This document shows, piece by piece, positions 1 to 8,515 of a DNA stretch of 64,000 nt. Every line of letters starts with the position of its first letter. Within the stretch, counting starts at the first letter, position 1. The notes under the pieces are model-generated. The model was not told the DNA's origin. It did not search any database and worked only from the letters and a program-made list of their open reading frames with translations. Both the position numbers and the translations under genes were made by a program. The DNA is from Candidatus Methylacidiphilales bacterium (GTDB lineage Bacteria > Verrucomicrobiota > Verrucomicrobiia > Methylacidiphilales > CAZTYG01): positions 493-64,492 of the forward strand of contig JANRJG010000012.1 of assembly GCA_033875315.1 (NCBI GenBank), written 5' to 3'.

Positions 1-150
1 CACATGCTGCAATCCTCGAGCGATTTGCGTGCGGTCCAGGAACTGCTCGGCCACGCCAACATCAGCACCACGCAGATCTACACCCATCTCGATTGCCAGC
101 AACTGGCGCGCGTCTACGACGCCGCACATCCCCGCGCGAAAAGAAAGTGA
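1..150 (+). CDS. xerC: Tyrosine recombinase XerC, C-terminal fragment (5' end lies outside the window)
   Basis: Frame 1 reads ...[35 protein letters not shown], then TGA at 148-150. The LLGH...Y catalytic box and the [10 protein letters not shown] tail are typical of beta/gammaproteobacterial XerC. Confidence 0.8.
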   Translation, partial: HMLQSSSDLRAVQELLGHANISTTQIYTHLDCQQLARVYDAAHPRAKRK

Positions 151-156
151 ACCCGC

Positions 157-1341
157 TTGATTGATGTTTTCCTCAAGGCCGGCAAGGAGAAGTCGCTGGC
201 ACGCCATCACCCCTGGGTGTTTTCCGGCGCGATCGACAAGGTTTCACACGAGCCCGCAGCGGGCGAAACCGTGCGTATCCGCAGCCATGGTGGCGGCGTG
301 CTGGCGCTCGCCGCCTACAGCCCGAAATCGCAGATCCGCGCGCGGGTCTGGACCTTCGAGGCCCAACGTCCGATCAACCCCGGCTTCTTTGCCACGCGCA
401 TCGGCGAAGCGATCGCCCGCCGGCCACGCCATCGGCCCGGAACCGGCATGCGCCTGGTGCATGGCGAATCCGACGGATTGCCTGGCCTCATCGTCGATCG
501 CTACGGCGACACGCTGGTGGCGCAATTCCTCTCCACCGGTGCGGAGAAATGGCGCGAGGAGATCGCCGACGCGTTACTCGCCGCCACCGGACTGGCCGAC
601 CTGTACGAACGCTCGGATGCGGATGTGCGGCAACTCGAGGGGCTGACGCCACGCAGTGGTGTCCTGCGCGGTACACCGCCCGAGCGGACTTTCATCGAAG
701 AGCACGGCATCCGCCTGGCGGTCGATATCGCCCGCGGCCACAAGACCGGCTTTTACCTGGACCAGAGCGAGAACCGGCGCATCGTGCGCGACCTGGCGGC
801 TGCCAGCCCTGGCATGGAAGCCCTCAATTGCTTCTGCTACACCGGCGGCTTTTCACTCGGCCTTCTGGGCGGAGCCGCGGGCCATGTGCTGTCCATCGAT
901 TCCTCCGGCCCGGCGCTTGAAATCGCGCGCGCGAATGTTGAGGCCAATGGCTTCGACCCCGCTCGTGCCGAGTGGCGCGAGGATGATGTCTTCAACACGC
1001 TGCGCGAGATGCGCAACACCGGTCGCAGCTTCGACCTGATCGTCCTCGATCCGCCCAAGTTCGCGCCAACGCCGGCTTCCGTGGAACGTGCTGCCCGCGC
1101 CTACAAGGACATCAACCTGCTCGGCTTCAAGCTGCTCAAGCCCGGGGGGCGCCTGGTCACCTTTTCATGCTCGGGCGGTGTAGGGGCCGAACTGTTCCAG
1201 AAGATCATTGCCGGGGCGGCTCTCGATGCCGGCATAGACGCGCTGGTGGAGCAGAGGCTTGGCGGCGCCGGCGACCATCCGGTCCGGCTGGCTTTTCCCG
1301 AAGGGGAGTACCTCAAGGGGCTGGTGCTGCGCAGGGACTGA
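157..1341 (+). CDS. rlmI: 23S rRNA m5C1962 methyltransferase RlmI (PUA plus class I SAM-MTase)
   Basis: 394-aa ORF. N-terminal KEKSLARHHPWVFSGAID and the MTase core (LNCFCYTGGFS, DLIVLDPPKF) match the RlmI family. The TTG start lies 6 nt after the xerC stop. Confidence 0.85.
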   Translation: MIDVFLKAGKEKSLARHHPWVFSGAIDKVSHEPAAGETVRIRSHGGGVLALAAYSPKSQIRARVWTFEAQRPINPGFFATRIGEAIARRPRHRPGTGMRLVHGESDGLPGLIVDRYGDTLVAQFLSTGAEKWREEIADALLAATGLADLYERSDADVRQLEGLTPRSGVLRGTPPERTFIEEHGIRLAVDIARGHKTGFYLDQSENRRIVRDLAAASPGMEALNCFCYTGGFSLGLLGGAAGHVLSIDSSGPALEIARANVEANGFDPARAEWREDDVFNTLREMRNTGRSFDLIVLDPPKFAPTPASVERAARAYKDINLLGFKLLKPGGRLVTFSCSGGVGAELFQKIIAGAALDAGIDALVEQRLGGAGDHPVRLAFPEGEYLKGLVLRRD

Positions 1342-1413
1342 GTCAGGTCAAGACAAACGCCACCTGTGCTTTGCCCAAGACGCGGTTCACAACCGCTGCG
1401 CACCCGAGATACA

Positions 1414-2097
1414 TCAGATCCAAACCGCATCCATCGCCACCAGGATACGCGGCGCCTGATCCGGATCGACTGCGGGCGATCGATGGATCGCGCCGCGCCC
1501 GGCGTTGCCCTGCCAGAGCGAACCCTTGAGCAGCACGACATCGCCCACCGCCGCTTCTTGAACCTGCGTACCCGGCCCGAACAGCCCGGAAAGATGGTCA
1601 GGCAATCCCCCAGATCCGGGACCCAGTTTGCTGCGATCGGCATGGCAGTCGTCGATCCACTGCGTCCCGGGCCCGCGGTAGGTGCAAAGAAGACGGATGC
1701 CGGTGCGGTCGACATGAAAGCCCGGGCACATGGCGCCATCAACCACTTCATAGCGCAGTCCGATAGCCTCGCAGCCGAGCAGAACGGCATACAGTTCCGC
1801 CAGGCACAGCACATCCGGGGCAATCGTAGGCCGACCGCTAAACGCTTCCGACAACTCGTTGCCAAGCGATTCCCCCGCGCGAAACACTTTCCGAAACCCG
1901 GTACCGAAGCTGGACCCAGCGGGCGGGCTCGCACTGCAGTAGGCCGCGAACCTGGCCGCTTTCCGGCGCCATACCAGTACTTGCACCTCGGGATCGAAAA
2001 TGTCGATCAGCTCCGCAGGGGAATCAACCATGCGAATCGCGCGGGAACGGAATCGAACGGCCGCCGCGATCTCCCGAGATTCTTCAACAACCAGCAT
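1414..2097 (-). CDS. Conserved hypothetical protein, DUF1826-like, divergent from zur
   Basis: 227-aa ORF with an ATG at 2095-2097. It shares a control region of about 180 bp with zur that holds two palindromic boxes. The sequence recalls DUF1826 proteins that co-occur with zinc-regulon genes. I can name no catalytic motif. Confidence 0.55.
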   Translation of the reverse strand: MLVVEESREIAAAVRFRSRAIRMVDSPAELIDIFDPEVQVLVWRRKAARFAAYCSASPPAGSSFGTGFRKVFRAGESLGNELSEAFSGRPTIAPDVLCLAELYAVLLGCEAIGLRYEVVDGAMCPGFHVDRTGIRLLCTYRGPGTQWIDDCHADRSKLGPGSGGLPDHLSGLFGPGTQVQEAAVGDVVLLKGSLWQGNAGRGAIHRSPAVDPDQAPRILVAMDAVWI

Positions 2098-2119
2098 GCC
2101 CTTTACCCCTTCTTTAAAC

Positions 2120-2132
2120 GCAATTATGTTGC
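2120..2132. promoter_or_regulatory. Candidate Zur operator box 1 (GCAATtatGTTGC)
   Basis: Imperfect inverted repeat GCAAY-N3-RTTGC in the DUF1826/zur divergent region. It has the same architecture as the boxes at 2159 and 2711. Confidence 0.4.
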
Positions 2133-2158
2133 ATTATGAACGAGCAGAACCGTTTATC

Positions 2159-2171
2159 GCAACTGTATTGC
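2159..2171. promoter_or_regulatory. Candidate Zur operator box 2 (GCAACtgtATTGC)
   Basis: Second copy of the GCAAY-N3-RTTGC palindrome, 39 nt after box 1 and followed by the same ATTA as box 1. Confidence 0.4.
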
Positions 2172-2280
2172 ATTAAAGGGATGTCCGGCTTTGCCGCGAA
2201 CGTGCTTCAACATCCGTCGCTCGTCTAAGGTCCAGACATCCTGATTGCAGGCACACCATGCTTGCTCTAGACTAAACCGC

Positions 2281-2700
2281 ATGTCCAAACCTGTTGAACC
2301 TGCCTCTCCGACAGAGAGCCTGCGCGCAACCGGCGCCAGGGTCACAGGTGCACGGGTCGCGATCCTGAGCCTGCTGACGCAAGCCAATCGCGCCCTCTCC
2401 CATCGCGACGTGGAACAGGCACTCGCCAACGAGCATGTCGACCGTGTGACGGTCTACAGGGTCCTTGACTGGCTAACCAGCGAGGGGCTCGCGCACAAGA
2501 TTGCCGACGATGAACGGGTATTCCGTTTCAGCGCCGTAGGCAAGCACGACGACCCGCATGCGCATTTCAAGTGCCGTACGTGTGGCGATGTTTTCTGCGT
2601 ACCCACCGGTTCAACCCCGAAGTTGAACTTGCCTGCGGGTTTCAAGAGCGAAGAAATCGAACTCAACATCAAGGGTACCTGCGCACGCTGCGCAGGCTAA
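2281..2700 (+). CDS. zur: Fur-family zinc uptake regulator Zur
   Basis: Winged-helix N-domain (RVAILSLL..HRDVEQAL..VTVYRVLDWL) and two C-terminal CxxC pairs (FKCRTCGDVFC, GTCARCAG). I prefer the ATG at 2281 (MSKPVEP) to the TTG at 2245 from the ORF track. Confidence 0.8.
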   Translation: MSKPVEPASPTESLRATGARVTGARVAILSLLTQANRALSHRDVEQALANEHVDRVTVYRVLDWLTSEGLAHKIADDERVFRFSAVGKHDDPHAHFKCRTCGDVFCVPTGSTPKLNLPAGFKSEEIELNIKGTCARCAG

Positions 2701-2710
2701 GCGCTCTATT

Positions 2711-2723
2711 GCAACTTTGTTGC
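2711..2723. promoter_or_regulatory. Candidate Zur operator box 3 (GCAACtttGTTGC, perfect palindrome) abutting a TATAAT
   Basis: Perfect 5-3-5 inverted repeat followed after one base by TATAAT (2725-2730), about 50 nt upstream of the ZIP permease ATG. This is the classical geometry for repression by promoter occlusion. Confidence 0.5.
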
Positions 2724-2774
2724 GTATAATTGATCGGGCTCGCAGGCGCCGCCAAACGCGGCACCTCCCCCCCG

Positions 2775-3503
2775 ATGACCCTTGCCTATATTCTTTGCGC
2801 CACTATCGGCGGTACGCTGCTTAGCGTTTGCGCATCGGCGCTGCTCGGGCGCATCATGACGCCACGCTTGGGCTCGCACATGATCGGATTCGCGGTGGGG
2901 GCGATGCTAACCGCCGCGTTCATGGACATCCTGCCGGAGGCAGCCACATTGCTGCCGGCCCATACCCTGGGACTTTCCATTCTTGCGGGCCTGTTCGGGT
3001 TTTTCATGCTTGAAAAACTCGCGCTTTGGCGTCACGATCATCTGGATGGTGAATCCGCTCATACGCCTTCGGCAATCATGATCCTGCTGGGGGACGGGGT
3101 CCACAATTTCGTCGATGGGGTCCTGATCGCTGCGGCGTTTCTGCAGAGCCCGGCACTCGGCATGACCGTGGCGATCAGCGTCATCGCACATGAAATTCCG
3201 CAGGAGCTCGGCGATTTCGTGCTCCTCAGGCAATCCGGTTTCGGGTTCTTGCCTGCGCTGGCCTTGAACCTGCTCTCCGGCATGACCGCCGTGCTGGGCG
3301 GCTTGCTTGGCTGGTATGCGCTACCACTGGCCAATGGACTTGTGCCGTACGCATTGGCGATTGCAGCGGCGAGCTTCATCTACATTGCCGCCGCCGATCT
3401 GGTGCCTCAGATGCAGAAGCGCAGGCGTCCGATGGACATCGCAGTGCAATCATCGCTGGTGGCCGGCGGTGGGTTGGCGATCTCCCTGGGTCACCTGGTT
3501 TAG
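2775..3503 (+). CDS. zupT: ZIP-family (ZupT-like) divalent metal permease
   Basis: Multi-TM protein with the ZIP signatures HNFVDG and HEIPQELGDFVLL. I prefer the ATG at 2775 (MTLAYIL) because the track's TTG at 2730 overlaps the TATAAT. Confidence 0.8.
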   Translation: MTLAYILCATIGGTLLSVCASALLGRIMTPRLGSHMIGFAVGAMLTAAFMDILPEAATLLPAHTLGLSILAGLFGFFMLEKLALWRHDHLDGESAHTPSAIMILLGDGVHNFVDGVLIAAAFLQSPALGMTVAISVIAHEIPQELGDFVLLRQSGFGFLPALALNLLSGMTAVLGGLLGWYALPLANGLVPYALAIAAASFIYIAAADLVPQMQKRRRPMDIAVQSSLVAGGGLAISLGHLV

Positions 3504-3544
3504 GTTGGCAGTCGAGCGGTATCGCGCAATGAAGGGGGGATGAG

Positions 3545-4102
3545 ATGCATGCAAGGACCCAGGTATCCGCATCGATCCTTGTAGCGCTGGGAATGCAGGT
3601 CGCCGCACACGGCGCGCTTGCACACCAAGCCCATGTGCATGGACATGCGACGATCCAGGTGTCGATCGCCGGCGACAAACTTTCCATTACCCTGAACACG
3701 CCGCTGGACAACCTGTTGGGTTTCGAGACCGCTCCCGCCAACGCGAGCCAAGGCCGCGCCGTCGACGCCATGGCGGTGCGCCTGCGACGCAGCGAATCAG
3801 TGGCGGCACCCTCGGCAGGCGCTGGATGCGTCGCCGGGCCGGTGCGACTGAACGCTCCTGTGCTTGCCGGCACTCCGGGCCACGATGCACCGCGCGGCAC
3901 TACACCTCCTGCAAACGAGGAACACGCCAACATGGAAGCCGCCTACACCTTTACTTGCGGCCGGCCGGAGGCATTGCGCGAGATCGAGGTCCGACTGTTC
4001 GGGGAGTTGCCACGCCTGAAACGGATCGACGTCCAGGTTGCCGGGCCGCGAGGTCAGGCGTCGCAACGTCTGACCCCAAAGAATCGTATCGTACGGCTCT
4101 AG
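3545..4102 (+). CDS. zrgA: Periplasmic DUF2796 / ZrgA-like zinc uptake protein
   Basis: Signal peptide, His-rich HQAHVHGH stretch, then a DUF2796-type body (LSITLNTPLDNLLGFE, AAYTFTCGRPEAL, RIDVQV). A strong SD (aagggggga) lies upstream. It occupies the first position of a zrgABCDE-like gene order. Confidence 0.65.
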   Translation: MHARTQVSASILVALGMQVAAHGALAHQAHVHGHATIQVSIAGDKLSITLNTPLDNLLGFETAPANASQGRAVDAMAVRLRRSESVAAPSAGAGCVAGPVRLNAPVLAGTPGHDAPRGTTPPANEEHANMEAAYTFTCGRPEALREIEVRLFGELPRLKRIDVQVAGPRGQASQRLTPKNRIVRL

Positions 4103-4103
4103 G

Positions 4104-4832
4104 ATGTCGACTGCCACGTTGCCATCGCAGGCCGTTCTGATCGAGGACGTCCGCTTTCGCTGGAAGCCGGGCCTACCCTGGTGCCTGGAGATCCCGCATC
4201 TTTGCCTCGGGCTCGGTGAAAGCCTGTTCCTGCACGGCCCGTCAGGCAGCGGCAAAAGTACGCTCCTGAATCTGATCGGCGGGGTCGTCGTTGCCGATCA
4301 GGGCAGGGTTCATGTGCTGGGGACCGACTTCCAGCACGCCGGTGCGGCCGCGCGTGACCGTATCCGCGCCGACCACGTCGGATTCCTGTTCCAGCAATTC
4401 AACCTTGTTCCCTACCTGACGGTCGTCGACAACGTTTTGCTGCCTTGCCGCTTTTCAAGACGCCGTGCGGAGCGTTGTTTGCTGCAGTCTTCCTCACCAC
4501 TGGCTGAAGCCCTCCGCTTGCTGGCCCGGCTCGACCTCGCACCCGACCTCCTGAAGCGGCGCGTCACCGAGCTTTCCATCGGGCAGCAACAGCGGGTCGC
4601 CGCCGCGCGCGCAATGATCGGTGCGCCCGAAATCATTGTCGCGGACGAACCCACTTCCGCGCTCGACGCCGGGCGCCAGATGGCCTTCCTCGAACTCCTG
4701 CTTGAGCAATGCGCGCAGGCGGGAAGCAGTCTGCTTTTCGTCAGCCATGACAGGCGACTGGAAAACGCGTTCTCGCGCACGCTGGCGTTGGGCGAGATCA
4801 ACCGGGCACACGCCGAGGAGCAGGGCGCGTGA
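4104..4832 (+). CDS. zrgB: ABC transporter ATP-binding protein (MacB/LolD-like), ZrgB-like
   Basis: Walker A GPSGSGKST, ABC signature LSIGQQQRV and Walker B IIVADEPTSALD. The ATG lies 1 nt after the zrgA stop. Confidence 0.85.
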   Translation: MSTATLPSQAVLIEDVRFRWKPGLPWCLEIPHLCLGLGESLFLHGPSGSGKSTLLNLIGGVVVADQGRVHVLGTDFQHAGAAARDRIRADHVGFLFQQFNLVPYLTVVDNVLLPCRFSRRRAERCLLQSSSPLAEALRLLARLDLAPDLLKRRVTELSIGQQQRVAAARAMIGAPEIIVADEPTSALDAGRQMAFLELLLEQCAQAGSSLLFVSHDRRLENAFSRTLALGEINRAHAEEQGA

Positions 4833-6094
4833 ATCCGTTCATTCCCGTCCTGGCTGCGCGCAGCGCGTGGAACCGCCGCTTGACCCTGGGCATGATGGTG
4901 CTATCGGTGGCCTTGAGTGTCGTCCTGCTGGTCGGCATCGAACGCCTGCGCACCGACGCACGGGCGAGCTTCGCCGAGGCGGTATCCGGTACCGACCTCA
5001 TCGTGGGAGCTCGCGCCGACCCGGTGGAATTGCTGCTCTACGCAGTGTTTCGAATCGGTGCAGCAACCAACAACATGGGCTGGCCAAGCTATCTTGCGCT
5101 GGCTGGCGATCCGGCAGTGGCCTGGACGGTGCCCCTTTCGCTTGGGGATTCCCATCGCGGTTTCGCGGTGCTGGGCACGACAGGTGCCTACTTCGATCAT
5201 TTCCGCCATGGCGACCGATTGCCCTTGAAATTGGCGCAGGGCAAGCGCTTCGAGCAGCTTTTCGATACCGTCATCGGCGCGGACGTGGCGGCTGCCACCG
5301 GCTATCGGTTGGGCGATCGCATCACCCTATCCCATGGGGCGGGTGATGCCGACCTGGCCGAGCACGGCGACAAACCCTTCACAGTGGTCGGCATCCTCAC
5401 CCGCACCGGTACGCCTGTAGACCGCACGGTTCATGTGAGCCTCGAAGCCATCGAGGCCATCCATCTCAACTGGCAGGGCGGCGCCCCGGTGCCCGGCCTG
5501 TCGATTCCCGCGGAATTTGCGCGCAAGTTCAATCTCACTCCAAAATCGATTACCGCCGCCTTGGTAGGCCTGCACAACCGGTCCGATGTGTTCGCCGCCC
5601 AGCGTCGCATCAACGCCTCTCGAACCGAGCCGCTGATGGCGGTGATGCCGGGAGTGGCGCTCGACGACCTCTGGCAAATGATCGGGACTGTCGAGCGCAC
5701 CCTGACAGGGGTCTCGGCGCTGGTCGCGGCGGTGGCATTCATCGGCCTGGTGGCAGTGGTACTGGCGGGGTTGGGCGAACGGCGCCGCGAGCTCGCAGTG
5801 TTGCGCTCGGTTGGCGCGGCACCCAGCGATGTCTTCGCATTGCTTGCCGTCGAGGGGCTACTGATCACCCTCGGCGGAGTGATTCTGGGTCTCTTTTTGC
5901 TGACCGCTGCAGCGCCGCTGCTGGGTGAGCTCGCGCTAACCCGTTACGGCGTCGTACTGCGGGCGCGCCTTCCCGATGGCGCTGAACTGACCATGCTGCT
6001 TGCGATCGTTGCCATCGGCCTTGCGGCAAGCCTGGTGCCGGGGTATCGGGCGTACCGGATGGCCCTGGCTGATGGCTTGGCACCGCGAATCTGA
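4829..6094 (+). CDS. zrgC: FtsX/MacB-type ABC permease, ZrgC-like
   Basis: 421 aa with an N-terminal TM, a large extracytoplasmic domain and three C-terminal TMs containing LRSVGAAPSDVFALLAVEGLL (FtsX-like motif). The GTG start overlaps the zrgB stop (GTGA). Confidence 0.8.
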   Translation: MNPFIPVLAARSAWNRRLTLGMMVLSVALSVVLLVGIERLRTDARASFAEAVSGTDLIVGARADPVELLLYAVFRIGAATNNMGWPSYLALAGDPAVAWTVPLSLGDSHRGFAVLGTTGAYFDHFRHGDRLPLKLAQGKRFEQLFDTVIGADVAAATGYRLGDRITLSHGAGDADLAEHGDKPFTVVGILTRTGTPVDRTVHVSLEAIEAIHLNWQGGAPVPGLSIPAEFARKFNLTPKSITAALVGLHNRSDVFAAQRRINASRTEPLMAVMPGVALDDLWQMIGTVERTLTGVSALVAAVAFIGLVAVVLAGLGERRRELAVLRSVGAAPSDVFALLAVEGLLITLGGVILGLFLLTAAAPLLGELALTRYGVVLRARLPDGAELTMLLAIVAIGLAASLVPGYRAYRMALADGLAPRI

Positions 6095-6112
6095 CGCGCG
6101 AAAGGTGATCCG

Positions 6113-6730
6113 GTGAAAACAGGTGTTCGGGCTGGAGCGATCGTGGTTTTCTGCGCGGGACTTGCCTGGTTCGCGCTTGATTTGTTCAATCTCGCCGGCC
6201 GCGAGGCACGCCATGGTCCCGCGGCCTGGCGGATAGGGGATCCGATCACCGCGCGACAAGCTCCCGCCCCGGACGCGAAGTATCGGGAGATCACCTGGGA
6301 AGAACTGCTACCCGCGGGCTGGGACCCGGCAGCCGCATTCAAGGGACTTGATCTCGGCGCACTACGCGATGGGGACGCAAGCGCCGCAGATGCTCTGGCC
6401 AAAGTTCAAGCGCTTTGGCAACAGGCCCCGATCAACTCGCAGCTTGATCGCAAGCGCGTGCGCATCCCCGGATTCGTCGTTCCGCTCGAGAGACGTGGCA
6501 TGCTGATCGATGAGTTCCTGCTGGTCCCGTATTTCGGCGCCTGCATCCATACGCCGCCGCCGCCTTCGAACCAGATCATCCATGTGCGCACGTCAAAACC
6601 CCACGAGGGCGTGGCAATGGACCCTGTCTGGATCAGCGGGGAACTGGTGGTCCGGCGCGCCGACACCGCCATGGGAAGCGCCGGCTATCACATCCATGCG
6701 GAACAGGTTGAACCCTACAAGCGCCAATGA
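6113..6730 (+). CDS. DUF3299 protein (ZrgD-like), exported
   Basis: 205 aa with an N-terminal hydrophobic anchor and the conserved block GFVVPLERRG..EFLLVPYFGACIHTPPPPSNQIIHV characteristic of DUF3299. Confidence 0.7.
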   Translation: MKTGVRAGAIVVFCAGLAWFALDLFNLAGREARHGPAAWRIGDPITARQAPAPDAKYREITWEELLPAGWDPAAAFKGLDLGALRDGDASAADALAKVQALWQQAPINSQLDRKRVRIPGFVVPLERRGMLIDEFLLVPYFGACIHTPPPPSNQIIHVRTSKPHEGVAMDPVWISGELVVRRADTAMGSAGYHIHAEQVEPYKRQ

Positions 6731-6742
6731 GGCATACCAAAA

Positions 6743-7360
6743 ATGATTACGTCCCGACGACCGTCCTTTGGCAAGCGACTCGTACTCGCCCTTGCAATGA
6801 CCTTGCCGCTCATCCAGGGAGCGGCAGCACAACAAGCCAAACCCGGCTACCGGCTTGGCGAACGACTGCCCGCTGCACCGGCGGACGCCAAACCAGGGCC
6901 GACGTATCGTACTGTCGAGTGGGACGCCCTCTTGCCCAAGGGATGGGATCCGGCCGCTGAGTTGAAAGGCCTGGATTTCGCCACGCTCAAGGACGGTGAT
7001 CCGCGCGCCATGGAGGCGATGGCGCGCATGCAGGAGATGTGGGACAACGCCCCGCTTAACTCCGCCCTCGACAACACGCGCGTGCGCATCGCAGGCTTTG
7101 TGGTCCCGCTGGAGCGGCGCGGCAACCTGATTCACGAATTCCTGCTGATGCCCTACTTCGGCGCGTGTATCCACCTGCCGCCACCACCGGCAAACCAGAT
7201 TATCCATGTGTTTCCGGCCAAACCGGTCCCTGAAGCGACCGCCGCGGAACCGGTCTGGATCAGCGGTGCGATCGAAAGCGGTCGCTCGAAAACCAACATG
7301 GGCAGCGCAGGCTACCGACTCAATGCGGACACGGTGGCCCCCTTCAACCGGAAGCGCTAG
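6743..7360 (+). CDS. DUF3299 protein (ZrgE-like), tandem paralog of 6113-6730
   Basis: 205 aa with a signal peptide ending in AAAQQA and the same block GFVVPLERRG..EFLLMPYFGACIHLPPPPANQIIHV. By eye it is about half identical to the upstream paralog. Confidence 0.7.
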   Translation: MITSRRPSFGKRLVLALAMTLPLIQGAAAQQAKPGYRLGERLPAAPADAKPGPTYRTVEWDALLPKGWDPAAELKGLDFATLKDGDPRAMEAMARMQEMWDNAPLNSALDNTRVRIAGFVVPLERRGNLIHEFLLMPYFGACIHLPPPPANQIIHVFPAKPVPEATAAEPVWISGAIESGRSKTNMGSAGYRLNADTVAPFNRKR

Positions 7361-7441
7361 AACCGTGCCCCCTCACTGCCGTAATCATTTCTGTTATTCT
7401 CCCGCGCCGTCGATGACGAGCGTCCATCTCGAAAGATCACA

Positions 7442-8512
7442 ATGGCAAGCCAAGTTCCCGTCACCATCCTCACCGGCTTTCTCGGCGCTGGAAAAACCAC
7501 GCTGTTAAACCGCATTCTTTCCGAGGATCACGGCCACCGCATCGCCGTGATCGAGAACGAGTTCGGCGAAGAGGGCGTGGACAACGACATCCTGCTGCGC
7601 GAACAGGGGCAGGAGCAGATCATCGAGATGAACAACGGCTGCATCTGCTGCACCGTGCGGGGCGACCTCATCCGCATCCTCCACGGCTTGCTCAAGCGGC
7701 GCGACAAATTCGACCGCATCCTCATCGAGACGACCGGCCTGGCCGATCCCGGACCCGTCATCCAGACCTTCTTCATGGACGACGAAATGAAGGCCGTGCT
7801 CAAGGTGGATGCCGTGGTCACCCTCGTCGACGCCAAGCACGTCAACCTCCACATCGGCGACAGCCGCGAAGTCAAGGAACAGATCGCCTTTGCCGACGTG
7901 GTACTGCTCAACAAGACCGATTTGGTGCCGTCCTCCGAAATCGATTCCCTTGAAGCCCGTATCCGCACGATGAACCGGCTGGCCAGGGTGCACCGCTGTG
8001 AAAATGCCAATGTGCCTTTGGACAAAGTGCTCGATGTCCACGGCTTCGACCTCGACCGCATCCTGGAAATGGAACCGCACTTCCTGGGGGAAGAAAAGGA
8101 ACACAACCACGATGCGCACGACGGGCACGATCACAGCCACTGCGACCACGAACATGGCCACTGCGATCATGACCACGACCACGGACATGGCCACAGCCAT
8201 GATCATGTGCATGATGAATCCGTCAAATCAGTCGGGATCGAAGCGGTGGGGGAAGTGGATGGCAAGAAGCTCAACGAGTGGTTGGGCAAACTGCTGCAGG
8301 AGCAGGGGGTCAACATCTTCCGCATGAAAGGGGTCATCGCGGTCCGGGGCCAATCCAAGCGGGTGGTCTTCCAGGGGGTTCACATGATCCTCCAGGCCCA
8401 GCCCGATCGTGAGTGGAAGGCGGGAGAGACCCGGAAAAACATCCTCGTGTTCATCGGACGCGAACTGGACCGTGATGCCCTCAACCGCGGTTTCAAATCC
8501 TGCCTGGCCTGA
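7442..8512 (+). CDS. COG0523-family GTPase / zinc metallochaperone (ZigA/YeiR-like) with a His-rich insert
   Basis: P-loop GFLGAGKTTLLN, CxCC metal motif GCICCT, ETTGLADP and NKTD. It also carries a 40-aa insert, HNHDAHDGHDHSHCDHEHGHCDHDHDHGHGHSHDHVHD. Confidence 0.85.
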   Translation: MASQVPVTILTGFLGAGKTTLLNRILSEDHGHRIAVIENEFGEEGVDNDILLREQGQEQIIEMNNGCICCTVRGDLIRILHGLLKRRDKFDRILIETTGLADPGPVIQTFFMDDEMKAVLKVDAVVTLVDAKHVNLHIGDSREVKEQIAFADVVLLNKTDLVPSSEIDSLEARIRTMNRLARVHRCENANVPLDKVLDVHGFDLDRILEMEPHFLGEEKEHNHDAHDGHDHSHCDHEHGHCDHDHDHGHGHSHDHVHDESVKSVGIEAVGEVDGKKLNEWLGKLLQEQGVNIFRMKGVIAVRGQSKRVVFQGVHMILQAQPDREWKAGETRKNILVFIGRELDRDALNRGFKSCLA

Positions 8513-8515
8513 CCC

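Noticed and set aside
1101-1934. A 277-aa minus-strand ORF spanning the rlmI 3' end and the DUF1826-like gene region
   Set aside because: It overlaps two better-supported genes out of frame and has an Arg/Ser/Pro-rich composition typical of spurious frames.
7381-7395. GTAATCATTTCTGTT upstream of the COG0523 gene as a confident Fur/Zur box
   Set aside because: Only a short AAT-C-ATT core is truly palindromic, and the match to remembered Zur consensus sequences is partial. I mention it as a hint in the boundary finding but do not annotate it as a feature.
8101-8220. The CAC/GAC/CAT-rich DNA as a separate tandem repeat or independent His-rich peptide gene
   Set aside because: It is in frame and internal to the COG0523 GTPase, at the position where ZigA/YeiR-type proteins carry their His-rich metal-binding loop.
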